From: an uncultured Fibrobacterota bacterium
Lineage (GTDB): Bacteria; Fibrobacterota; Chitinivibrionia; Chitinivibrionales; FEN-1185
Direction: 5' to 3'
DNA length: 64,000 nt
NCBI GenBank assembly: GCA_963729895.1
Contig: CAVSQB010000022.1
Coordinates: 96,001-160,000 of the forward strand
The notes under the pieces were generated by a model, which was given only the letters and a program-made list of their open reading frames with translations, did not search any database and was not told where the DNA came from. Numbering within the stretch: position 1 is the first letter of the stretch; every line of letters starts with the position of its first letter. The translations under genes were made by a program, and so were the position numbers. Positions 46,424 to 56,052 of this stretch are shown here, piece after piece.

Positions 46424-47476
46424 GTGGAAATGTTTTGTCCGGCATCTTTGAAAACTGCACCACTGCGCTTCGCAGCGCTTCTTATGGCTGCCATTTTGAC
46501 AAACGCAACAGCAGGGGGGTGGAAGCTCTTCTGGTCCGATGAATTCGACAGCACAGCGCTCAACGAGAGTAACTGGACGGTGGATCCATCAAACAATCCG
46601 GACAACGGCGAACAGGAACATTACACAAGCGGACACGATCAGGCAAATTCCAACATATTCGTCAAGAACGGCTGCTTGATTATCGTTGCAAACAATAACG
46701 GCGGAATCACCTCCGGCCGCCTCAACACGGAGAACAAAAGGAACTTTGTGTACGGACGCATGGAGGCTCGCATGCGCCTTCCCATCACCCAGGGAATGTG
46801 GCCCGCGTTCTGGATGCTCGGCTCCAATTTCAGTTCGGTTGGATGGCCGGCATGCGGAGAACTTGACATAATGGAAGGAAGGGGGCGGCTGGCGAACTGG
46901 ACGTCCGGGTCGTACCACTTTCCCGGTTTCGACGTCTTTAACCAGTACACATTACCCACTGGGAACGTTCACGACAGTTTCCATATCTATGCCGTGGAGT
47001 GGAATACCGATTCTATACGCTGGTTTTGCGACAGCGTGAATTTCGGGACTCTTTGCAGGACCAGCGACCCGAACCTTCCCTTTGACAACGAATTCTGGTT
47101 CATCTTTAACCTTGCCGTGGGCGGCAATTTCGATGGGAACAGTGACAACACCACCATTTTTCCGGAAAGCCTTATCGTCGACTACCTCCGGGTATACCAT
47201 TGGGACCAAAGCATGAACGTCGGGGCGCCTGACGTTCGCCGAAGCCTTCCTGGGGCTGCCATCACGAATCTTGGCACGCGGCTTTCGGTTGAGCTTCCGA
47301 GGGAGCAGGTCTATTCAGCTGAAGTCGTTGCTGTAAACGGCGAGACGGTCTTTTACCGGAAAGATTTTGCCCGATCCTTTTTTATCCCAACGGCCTCGCT
47401 TGCAACGGGAGTGTATTTTGTAAATATACGCGGGACGTTCGGACAGTTGAGCAACAGGATTGTTGTCCGGCGGTAG
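46424..47476 (+). CDS. Secreted GH16 (beta-1,3-glucanase-like) with T9SS-like C-terminal domain
   Basis: WSDEFD, G.WPAFWMLG, WPACGELDIME (ExDxxE), FH.YAVEW; tail SLATGVYFVNI. Start could be ATG 46430. Confidence 0.9.
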   Translation: MEMFCPASLKTAPLRFAALLMAAILTNATAGGWKLFWSDEFDSTALNESNWTVDPSNNPDNGEQEHYTSGHDQANSNIFVKNGCLIIVANNNGGITSGRLNTENKRNFVYGRMEARMRLPITQGMWPAFWMLGSNFSSVGWPACGELDIMEGRGRLANWTSGSYHFPGFDVFNQYTLPTGNVHDSFHIYAVEWNTDSIRWFCDSVNFGTLCRTSDPNLPFDNEFWFIFNLAVGGNFDGNSDNTTIFPESLIVDYLRVYHWDQSMNVGAPDVRRSLPGAAITNLGTRLSVELPREQVYSAEVVAVNGETVFYRKDFARSFFIPTASLATGVYFVNIRGTFGQLSNRIVVRR

Positions 47477-47536
47477 TCCGTCTCGGGACGATAGACTTTG
47501 CAAACAGTAACAGGAGCGATTGGCGTGGATCCTCAC

Positions 47537-49717
47537 CTATTCCAACACAAACTCCCTGCTGACGCTCCGCTGATTTGACTCCGCGGTAACAACGTACACA
47601 CCCTTTGGATAGCCCGAAACATCAATGATTCTGATGCCCGAGGTATTCTTACCGCTTTGATACAATATGCGACCTTGCGTATTGACTATCATAAGCCTTT
47701 CCACCTGTAGGCCGCCCAGATTTACATGCAATTGAGTGCTTGCAGCATTTGGATACATTGCAACGGTTTCTGCGCGGGTGGCGCTTTTGGTCCGTGCACC
47801 GGCGGCGTTTTTTTCGATAAACCGGAAATAGTTGATATTAAACAGATAGCCTGATCCCTTGTAAACCAGATAAATGTTTTGCAATCCTTTTGTTAGGGCA
47901 ATCGGAGCTGTAATAGTTGTGTAGGTATTCCAATCACCTGTACCCGTGACCGCTATAGTTCCGACCAATATGCCGGTCAGTCCGCCAAGGCGGATTTCAA
48001 TGGTTCCGCCACCAGTTGCGCTCGACACTCTGAATTCCGCGCTTTCGGCGCCGGTTGAACCAAAATCCACGTTCATGTATGCAGTGTAGTATCCGTCCTG
48101 AATGCCGCCAAGCTGGTCGATGCCGCTGACGTCGGCGGTTGGCTCAACTATGACTCCTTTCAAATAATCAAAGTCTTCCGCTTCAATTGTCGCGTACGCG
48201 TTCCGGGTGATTGTTGTAGACAAAGGACAATTGACCATCAGCGAAACTGCCGTGGATGCGCTGAATGCGGTATAGTGCGCGGTATCGGCGGCCCTGTTTC
48301 CCCACAAGGTGCCGATAATATCGCTCGTGTCCCGGTTGTTATAGGCCACTTTCGCGTTGAGTTGCAGCCAGGGTATGTAGTCGGGCCTGTTTAAGTCCAC
48401 CACGTAACGACGGGCATACCGCATGAAAATTCCCTTGAAACCGCAGAGATCAGGGCCGTCCTCCGAATTGATCACATTCGATTGGAACATGGTGTTTTGA
48501 GTATAGCCGGCTATCTTGATCGCGTCGTCGAGATACGCGGTGTCTTTGGTATGATCGTACAGCATCACCGCAGCGCCCAGATAGGTCCCTTGATTGTAGG
48601 TGGAACTCCAGTCGCCCACCGTTCCGTCATAACTGTCGTTCACCTTGCCGGTGCTTCTCACCAGTAAATACAGCTTTGACCATGCATATATCTGCGTTGC
48701 CTTTGCAAAGTACGTGGTGTCTCCGGTTGCCTGTCCCAGATACATGGCCGCGACCATCGCCGGACCGTTGATGCAGGAATTTTTCGTGGTAAGTCCCTCC
48801 TCCCACAACAATCCGCCTCCGTATCCGGTGGTCCATGCACGCGCAAACATTTCGTCAAATTGTTGCTTGGCCTTAGTCAGGTAGGTCTGGTTGCCGGTAA
48901 GCAGGCCGGCTCGCACACAGGCGATGACCGCCCAGGTAATATCATCGTTGTAATTATCCCACATCCAGTCCGCACCCTCTTTGGCGATAAATCCATTGTA
49001 CATCGCATCGAACATGTCCCTGTATTTGGCAAGGCCGGTTACTTCGTAGGCGTCGTCCACAATTTCCATTATCTCCGCAACGCCCCAGAAACCCTCGCCG
49101 TTGACATACCCTCCTGTCGCGTCCGTGGAGTAATACTTTGTCTTCCATGCCGAAAAGATCTGGTCCGCGATTCCGGCTGTGGGCGCCGCGCTCTGCGATG
49201 TTTGCAGTTGAAGCAACCATTGCTGCGCGTCACTGGAATTCGATTGCGATATCTGGACACCGGCGCCATCAGCATTCGTTCCATTCAACAGATCGAGAAG
49301 GAAATTCTGGCTGGCGGCCGTTTTCAATTGATAATAGCCTCCGCCTGCATCAGCGATGCTCCATTCAACCGTATTGTCATTTGTATTGCCGTTCTGGTCC
49401 ACATTCACCCCGTTGGCAGGTGTCGCTGCGGCAATGTGCAGCAGTTTGCCGCTCCCAACATTCGTCAATGTGTAGAGGTTGTTCGCAAGGGAGGTAACGA
49501 TCCACCGCTCGGCATCCGACTTGGTGTCGGTCCAGGTGTCAACATTCCCGCCGTCGCCCATGGAGGAGTTGGCGACATCCAGCAATTTGCCGCTTGCTTT
49601 GGATGCAAGGGTATAGATTGCGCCGGACGCAACGCCTGCGGTTTGCGAGAAACAAACGCCGCCATTGAACAGCACCACAAACAGCAAAAGGAAGACCGGA
49701 CGAATGAATGATTTCAT
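47537..49717 (-). CDS. Ricin-lectin + GH76 (alpha-1,6-mannanase-like) + CBM6 + T9SS-like CTD
   Basis: QxW ricin repeats, YNDDITW catalytic DD, KNSCING, TYNQG, FKGIFMR; CBM6 IEAE..NVDFG..GDWNTY; YPN...KGVYVV tail. Confidence 0.9.
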   Translation of the reverse strand: MKSFIRPVFLLLFVVLFNGGVCFSQTAGVASGAIYTLASKASGKLLDVANSSMGDGGNVDTWTDTKSDAERWIVTSLANNLYTLTNVGSGKLLHIAAATPANGVNVDQNGNTNDNTVEWSIADAGGGYYQLKTAASQNFLLDLLNGTNADGAGVQISQSNSSDAQQWLLQLQTSQSAAPTAGIADQIFSAWKTKYYSTDATGGYVNGEGFWGVAEIMEIVDDAYEVTGLAKYRDMFDAMYNGFIAKEGADWMWDNYNDDITWAVIACVRAGLLTGNQTYLTKAKQQFDEMFARAWTTGYGGGLLWEEGLTTKNSCINGPAMVAAMYLGQATGDTTYFAKATQIYAWSKLYLLVRSTGKVNDSYDGTVGDWSSTYNQGTYLGAAVMLYDHTKDTAYLDDAIKIAGYTQNTMFQSNVINSEDGPDLCGFKGIFMRYARRYVVDLNRPDYIPWLQLNAKVAYNNRDTSDIIGTLWGNRAADTAHYTAFSASTAVSLMVNCPLSTTITRNAYATIEAEDFDYLKGVIVEPTADVSGIDQLGGIQDGYYTAYMNVDFGSTGAESAEFRVSSATGGGTIEIRLGGLTGILVGTIAVTGTGDWNTYTTITAPIALTKGLQNIYLVYKGSGYLFNINYFRFIEKNAAGARTKSATRAETVAMYPNAASTQLHVNLGGLQVERLMIVNTQGRILYQSGKNTSGIRIIDVSGYPKGVYVVTAESNQRSVSREFVLE

Positions 49718-49969
49718 ACCTTCCCGTTTCTCGGGCCCGCTGCCGCACCTAAGAATATACAGCGTTTTGTAAGTGCTGTCCACATTGAAGCGAGGGCAAG
49801 AATCATGTACCTCTTCAAGAGCTTGTGGACAAAAGATTGCTGAAATCAAAAGAAGCTTTTTGACTGACCCGGAGCGAATTATTTGACCACTCCCCAGGCC
49901 GCTGGGAAAATGTCATGCATGAAAACATCGGGAATGCAAAGTAGGTAAACTGTCAAGACGTAACGTTGC

Positions 49970-50124
49970 AATCGAAGAACCTCTCAGCAAGCTGCGAGGA
50001 AAAGGCCGATGACACAATGTTTAGCGCGAAGCGCTATTACCACACCTTGGGGAATGAAATGACAATCTTCCATGCTCCAGGAGTAGCCGCGCAAGCGAAC
50101 CTTCGGGGTTAACGTATGGGATTC
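49970..50124 (+). repeat. Dispersed MITE-like element, near-identical to 16262-16412
   Basis: Shares the ~75-bp core with the 16.3 kb copy and the CAGCAAGCTG palindrome head with the 11.8 kb copy. Confidence 0.85.
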
Positions 50125-50674
50125 AATACCCTTTCAGATTGTCGGTATCTTTGTGTTTGTTTGGGTCTTCCTTGTCTTCTTTTTCAAAATCGGCGACAGT
50201 TTGGTTGTAATCCTTTTCGTCAAGAGATGGGCCTTTTTCTTCGGGATTCAAGATCTCATAATCCATTTCATTTTTCTGTTTCTCAAAATCCTCAGGATTT
50301 GATCCGTTGAAACCGGTCCTGGCCGACATGATTCCCATGAAGATCAGTTGGTTGAGGTAATACACCTTGTTTGCCTCGAGATTGATCTTCGCGCATGCCT
50401 TGTTCTCCGCATCCGCAATTACATAGTGCGTGCCGGGATCGACTTGGGCGGCAAAGTAACACTTACCCTTGGTGGTGCCCACGTAGGCTTTGTCCACATA
50501 ATTATGGATTTCCTTGACAAATCCGTAGCTTGTGCTGCGATAGATGACAAGTGTCGCTTTGGACGGATCAGGGGCGATTACCGGGCGTGTCTCAACCTTC
50601 CTCATATATTGGTTACCGCACCCGGCAAGAAAGAGCATCGACACGGCAATAACACCGACTTTTCGAAACGACAT
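50123..50674 (-). CDS. Lipoprotein, DUF2846-like
   Basis: Lipobox LAGC; KATLVIYR, YVD...G, VDPGTH and LEANKVYY motifs; RBS AAGGAGG. Confidence 0.75.
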   Translation of the reverse strand: MSFRKVGVIAVSMLFLAGCGNQYMRKVETRPVIAPDPSKATLVIYRSTSYGFVKEIHNYVDKAYVGTTKGKCYFAAQVDPGTHYVIADAENKACAKINLEANKVYYLNQLIFMGIMSARTGFNGSNPEDFEKQKNEMDYEILNPEEKGPSLDEKDYNQTVADFEKEDKEDPNKHKDTDNLKGY

Positions 50675-50800
50675 AGGACCTCCTTATGGTGGAAAACCCG
50701 GGTATGTTGCTTGGCACTGTTCAGTGAAAAAGATACGTTGGCAGGAGTTTCCCGGCAAGAATAATCGGATACAAGCTCGCAAAGGCTTTATGGGAAGCCG

Positions 50801-51733
50801 TCAACGGGTAATAATAAACCGGGACTCTTCGGAGATTCCGCCAAGCTTCAATCTCAAAAAATAGACGCCGGAGCCCAACCCGGTGAGCGGCACGGTTTCC
50901 CTGTGCGCTCCGGCGGAAAGCAGGTGTTCCTGTTGCGGCCAAACCGCCTCGCCATGACAATTGACAATAGATAAGCATGTTTTTCCGGCTTGAGGAAGGG
51001 CATAAGAAACTTCAAGTCCGCCTTTTTCAGAATGTGTTCGGAGCGCGTATGAACGGCAGGCATTCTCGCCGGTACGCGTCGGCACGGAGGGAGTTTCATT
51101 TTCGAGGGTGAAAATGAGTTTGTCGCAGTTGAACGAATTGGTGACAAAAGTAAGCTGCAACACAAAGAGACCGGTATCCAGACTCGCTGTTGCCACGGTA
51201 TTGAATGTGTTCCAGTTGTGCCAGATCTCATTGCCTGCCGGAGCCGTGGTTTGAGCCAGGTTCAAAATAGTTACCGGCGTCCCGCCGTTGAATGAAATTG
51301 TCTGGGTGTTCGGGGTGGCCGCAACCGCTTCATACGAGCTGATGCCGTACACGCCGGCAACTTTTACGTGAACCGTGAATCTTACCCATTCGCCGACATC
51401 TATCCAGGAAAGATGGTAGGAACCCGCAGGCGGAACAGACCCGTCCGCGTTTCGGTCACCGCTGCCAAATGGCTGCATACCGACATGCATGTCGGCCGAG
51501 TCCAGGCGTATCGTGCCGAAATTAACGGACCATGTGTCATGGAATCCGACTTCCGGTCCGCCTTCGTCGAAGAAGACCGCCTTTATCACCCCGGGAATCG
51601 TCTGGGGATTACCCTTAAGCGTGTCGCCGGTAAAAACCCTTCCCGTGTATCCGGCGGGAATTGCGGCACTAACCAGAGAGGCCGACACGAAACAGGAAAG
51701 TGCCGTGACGGCAAATGCGGGGTAGAAACGCAT
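50801..51733 (-). CDS. Secreted carbohydrate-binding (CBM6/35-like) protein with T9SS-like CTD
   Basis: Signal peptide; IPG.I....FDEGG..VGFHD and GEWVRFTV.V..AG.Y motifs; tail GLGSGVYFLRL. Confidence 0.7.
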   Translation of the reverse strand: MRFYPAFAVTALSCFVSASLVSAAIPAGYTGRVFTGDTLKGNPQTIPGVIKAVFFDEGGPEVGFHDTWSVNFGTIRLDSADMHVGMQPFGSGDRNADGSVPPAGSYHLSWIDVGEWVRFTVHVKVAGVYGISSYEAVAATPNTQTISFNGGTPVTILNLAQTTAPAGNEIWHNWNTFNTVATASLDTGLFVLQLTFVTNSFNCDKLIFTLENETPSVPTRTGENACRSYALRTHSEKGGLEVSYALPQAGKTCLSIVNCHGEAVWPQQEHLLSAGAHRETVPLTGLGSGVYFLRLKLGGISEESRFIITR

Positions 51734-52027
51734 AGCGCAAACTCATTTTCGCATGTTGACAAATACGTAATTTGTGTTTCCGCAGTATTTTGCCAAGATG
51801 ACTGTGACTCTCAAAAATATAGAGTCCAACAGCCTTCACCCGCTGTAAAACGTGTCGGGACTGTTACTAATCGTTACACGTCAATGTAACGCAACCCGGG
51901 CCATTTTGTACGCCACCATGACAAAAGGTAGTGCGGTAAAGAAATCCGCGGGATGAGAATGAAGAGTATGCTGGACAAGACGGAACCGTCTTGTCCAAGG
52001 AATCTTCGGTCTTGTAGGCTCGGCGAA

Positions 52028-52822
52028 TTACTTCCTGTTTGCATTCAGAAACTGGTTCCACCAAACGGGAAGCGAATTGTTTGGGCAGGCGGATGGATCC
52101 GCGTAGCACGTATAGGGCCCGTACTCGGAATAGGTATTTGAATAGCCGATGTTACCCGAGGCATCCTCCCAAACGGTCGCGGTATAGTGAGAGCTGTCGC
52201 CGGTCAGGGTCACCATATTGGCCGCAATTTTAGTTACCACCACTGAGTAAACAGCGCTGTCCACGGTGTTCCATGAGGCAATGAAATCAGCGGCAAACGC
52301 AATCGAGGAATAGACCTGAATTTGACTCCCCGAAACGGAAATGGTGATCCCGCGGGCTAGGACACTGGGAAGCTGCGCGGCAATAATGGAATCCGTTCTC
52401 GCTGTGGAAGGCACCCCTTGTGCGCCGACAAGAGTCCACGCGCCCGAAAAGGAAGACCCGCTGCGGGTACCTCCTTTAAAGATATACCAGACTACCGTAT
52501 TGCGAAGCGCCACATTCAGGAAATATCCGAGGGTCAATGATCCGCTGGTTGCCAGCAGGCTGTCTCCCGAGAATTTATACAGCTCCCTGGATGTGTCGTA
52601 CGTTCCTGCAACCAGATTATTCCCGTTACACCGATTGGGCTGCAGCGTAATCTCGACGATCGTATCGCCTGCGGAATCACCGGGAAACGTGGAATAGGCA
52701 ATGGGAGTGCCGGAAAGTGTTGTCGCTCCTCCGTTAGCGGAGGGAGACGTGCTGTTTGAGCAAGTTATGCCCGAGAAAACCAAAAAGGCAAGAGCGGCGA
52801 TGACAACAATTGTTCTACCCAT
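52028..52822 (-). CDS. Hypothetical Ser/Thr-rich lipoprotein
   Basis: Signal peptide ending GITC followed by an S/T linker; RBS AAGGAG. Confidence 0.7.
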   Translation of the reverse strand: MGRTIVVIAALAFLVFSGITCSNSTSPSANGGATTLSGTPIAYSTFPGDSAGDTIVEITLQPNRCNGNNLVAGTYDTSRELYKFSGDSLLATSGSLTLGYFLNVALRNTVVWYIFKGGTRSGSSFSGAWTLVGAQGVPSTARTDSIIAAQLPSVLARGITISVSGSQIQVYSSIAFAADFIASWNTVDSAVYSVVVTKIAANMVTLTGDSSHYTATVWEDASGNIGYSNTYSEYGPYTCYADPSACPNNSLPVWWNQFLNANRK

Positions 52823-53002
52823 GCGGGAACTCCTTTGCGACCGTCTTCACGATGCGGTGAACGTTGACGCTTTGATCAATACCCCGTTGATAATATAATC
52901 AAGAAATCTGCGTTTTCCAGCTGAAAAGTGTCGAGCACCGAATGGCGGCCCGGCAAAAAAGTATATTCGGAGACAACTACTCAAGGACGGGGCCTTTTTG
53001 GA

Positions 53003-55411
53003 ATGCATATTTATTTAGGAACTTTTTTGATTGCCTTTTCCACCCTTGCCCTGGAGGTCACGCTTTCCAGACTGCTGAGTGTAATCACGTGGTACCACCT
53101 CGCATTTTTTGCGGTGTCAACCGCAATGCTCGGTATGACGGCCGGCGCCGTGATGGTATATATGAGGCCGCGGTGGTTTCCCGCCGGCGAACTTGCGGGG
53201 AGCCTGGCAAAATCGGCACTCGGGTACATGCTGGTCACGCCCTTTTCGCTGATTGTGCTCTGCATCCTGCCGATTTCCTTCGTGCCGTCGATCATGAGCC
53301 TTTTTGTATTGCTGTTTGCGAGTATTGCCTGCTCGTTGCCGTTTTATTTTTCCGGGATCGCGGTAAGCGCCGTCTTGACAAAAAGCTCGTTTCCCATAGG
53401 CAGACTGTACGCGAGCGACCTTGTCGGTGCGTCGCTCGGCTGCCTGTTCGTCCTCGGGGGGCTCCGGGTGATGGATGCCCCGAGCCTCATTCTCTGCTGC
53501 GCCGCCGCGGCCGGTTGTGCGGCGCTCGCGTTTGCCTGGAAAGATGCTTCATTCAGGTACCGCCGCCTCTGCTATATCGGCCTCCTTGTCCTTGTGCCGG
53601 TTGCGGCTGTCAATTCCATGACCGTGTACGGGATACGGCCGTTTGTCGCGAAAAACGTCATCCAGAATCCCCTGGCGCTGCTCATGGAACGGTGGAACAC
53701 CTTTTCGCGGGTCGCGCTTTACAAAGGCATCATGGCCCGCCCGCAATACTGGGGCGCGAGTTCCACGGCGCCGCAGGACGAAAAGATCTTTCAGTACTAC
53801 ATGAATATTGACGGCGACGCCGGCACCACGCTGCGCCGGTTCTCTTCATTGGAAGACATCGCCCATCTCCGCTACGATATCACCAACATCGCCTACTATG
53901 TGCGGCCGAAGGGAAAGGCCTGCGTCATCGGGGTGGGCGGAGGCAGGGACATCCAGAGTGCGATCCTGTTCGGGCACGACACCGTCACCGGGATCGACGT
54001 CAATCCGATCTTTATCGACATCGTCAAGAACAAATTCCGGGAGTTTGCCGGCATTGCAAATCGCCCGGGCGTCACGCTCGTTGCCGACGAAGCCAGAAGT
54101 TATCTCACCAGGAGCAAAGAAACCTATTCGACGATACAGATGTCCCTCATTGACACGTGGGCTTCAACCGGCGCAGGCGCTTTTTCTCTTTCAGAAAACG
54201 CTCTGTACACGGTGGAAGCCTGGCAGGTCTTCCTCGGCCGTCTCAAGGAAGACGGCATATTCACGGTTTCGCGGTGGCATGATCCGCACGATCTCGGCGA
54301 AACCGGGAGGGTCATAAGCCTTGCCATGGCGGCGCTGTTTCAATCGGGAGCACGCGATCCTTCGCGCCATATCGCCCTTGTAACCACAGGCAACATTTCC
54401 ACGCTCATCTTGGGCAAGCGGCCGCTTGACGTGCAGGATATTGACGCGCTTGCAAAGGCCGCAGGAGCCCTGCGCTTCACGGTTGCCGTTCTTCCGGGCA
54501 AAACTCCGGATAACCCGACGCTTCGCGACATCATTTCCGCGCGATCGCCCGGCGCCTTGCGTGACGTCATCGCCGACAAACCTTACAATTTTGATCCCTC
54601 CACCGACGAGAAACCGTACTTCTTCAACATGCTCAGGCTGAGCCGCATAACGGATGGCTTGACTGCGGGCTCGGGGATAATGAAGGGAAACGCGGTGGCA
54701 ACCGTCATTCTCCTCGGGTTGATACTGTCTTTGACAATATTGACAATTGCAACAATTGTTGTCCCGCTTGTCATTGCTCCCCGCCTCGGAAGCAAGAGGG
54801 ATGTTCCTGCAAAAATCATTTGGCCGGGCGCGTTTTATTTCTCGCTCATCGGCGCAGGTTTCATGTGCGTGGAAATTGCCCTTATCCAGCGGTTGTCGGT
54901 GTTTCTCGGACATCCGGTCTATGCCCTGGGAATCCTGCTTTTCACCATTATCGCGAGCACCGGCATCGGCAGCCTGCTCAGCGAGCGGTTGCCGCTTGTC
55001 CACTCACGCTGGGTTTTCGCGCTTCCTGTTGTTTCTGCTTTCGGCATCATCGCGCTGAGGTTCGGAGTAACCGCGCTTATGGCGGGCATGATCACCGCGC
55101 CCGTCATGAACAAGATCCTGCTTTCGGTCGCTGCGATTTTCCCGCTCGGGCTGATGCTGGGGTTCTTTTTTCCCACGGGGATGAAAATGCTTGCATTGTC
55201 TGCTGCTGCCGAAACGCCGTGGTACTGGGCGCTCAACGGGATATTCGGGGTTCTGAGCTCTGCGGTCGCGGTACTTATCTCAATTTATGTCGGCATTTCC
55301 ATCAACTTCTATATTGCCGCTCTGTGTTATGCGGCGCTTGTGCCCTGCCTTGCCGCCATGCGCGCAATGACGCCGGTGGAACGTGCCGGTGCGCCGTCGA
55401 ACACATTGTAA
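53003..55411 (+). CDS. Membrane protein with central spermidine-synthase-like SAM-dependent transferase domain
   Basis: LEV.L.RL.S, LYASDLVGA.LG, VIGVGGGRD, DVNP, DEARS, LSEN.LYTVEA and W.WALNG motifs. Confidence 0.85.
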   Translation: MHIYLGTFLIAFSTLALEVTLSRLLSVITWYHLAFFAVSTAMLGMTAGAVMVYMRPRWFPAGELAGSLAKSALGYMLVTPFSLIVLCILPISFVPSIMSLFVLLFASIACSLPFYFSGIAVSAVLTKSSFPIGRLYASDLVGASLGCLFVLGGLRVMDAPSLILCCAAAAGCAALAFAWKDASFRYRRLCYIGLLVLVPVAAVNSMTVYGIRPFVAKNVIQNPLALLMERWNTFSRVALYKGIMARPQYWGASSTAPQDEKIFQYYMNIDGDAGTTLRRFSSLEDIAHLRYDITNIAYYVRPKGKACVIGVGGGRDIQSAILFGHDTVTGIDVNPIFIDIVKNKFREFAGIANRPGVTLVADEARSYLTRSKETYSTIQMSLIDTWASTGAGAFSLSENALYTVEAWQVFLGRLKEDGIFTVSRWHDPHDLGETGRVISLAMAALFQSGARDPSRHIALVTTGNISTLILGKRPLDVQDIDALAKAAGALRFTVAVLPGKTPDNPTLRDIISARSPGALRDVIADKPYNFDPSTDEKPYFFNMLRLSRITDGLTAGSGIMKGNAVATVILLGLILSLTILTIATIVVPLVIAPRLGSKRDVPAKIIWPGAFYFSLIGAGFMCVEIALIQRLSVFLGHPVYALGILLFTIIASTGIGSLLSERLPLVHSRWVFALPVVSAFGIIALRFGVTALMAGMITAPVMNKILLSVAAIFPLGLMLGFFFPTGMKMLALSAAAETPWYWALNGIFGVLSSAVAVLISIYVGISINFYIAALCYAALVPCLAAMRAMTPVERAGAPSNTL

Positions 55412-56052
55412 ATCGCCGGTTTCGGCCTCAACAAAAGATCGTGCATCCGCCGCAATGAAAAAAAGATTGACCCGTGCGCTTGTCATTTTCGCAGCCGGAT
55501 GTCTGCTCACCGGTCACGGCGCCGCACAGGTTCGCCCGGGTACGCGTGGACGGTACGAAGGCATGCGTTTTGTTTCCGGCGGGACCTTTCGCATGGGTGA
55601 AGCGCGGATCGCGGAACCGGTGCATACGGTAACCGTGTCCTCATTTTACATCGACACGACGCTCGTGACCCAAAAACAGTATCAGGCGCTGATGCATGTC
55701 AACCCATCCCACTTCAGTGGAGATTCGGACCTGCCCGTCGAATCGGTGACCTGGTTCGACGCGGTTCTGTATTGCAATGCAAGAAGCATAATGCACGGTT
55801 TGAACACGGTCTATTCTTTTTCGTCGCTGTCGGGCGCACCCGGGAACGGGTGCATGTCGCTGGAAAACCTGGCGACCGGATTCGGCAGGAAAGGGTATCG
55901 CCTTCCCACAGAAGCGGAATACGAATATGCCTGCAGGTCGGGAACCACAACCGACTATTACTGGGGAGACACGGTTGACGGAAGGTACTGTTGGTTCTAC
56001 GGCAACAGCAATTTCACCATGCATCCGGTGGCGCAGAAGCGTGCCAATGTGG

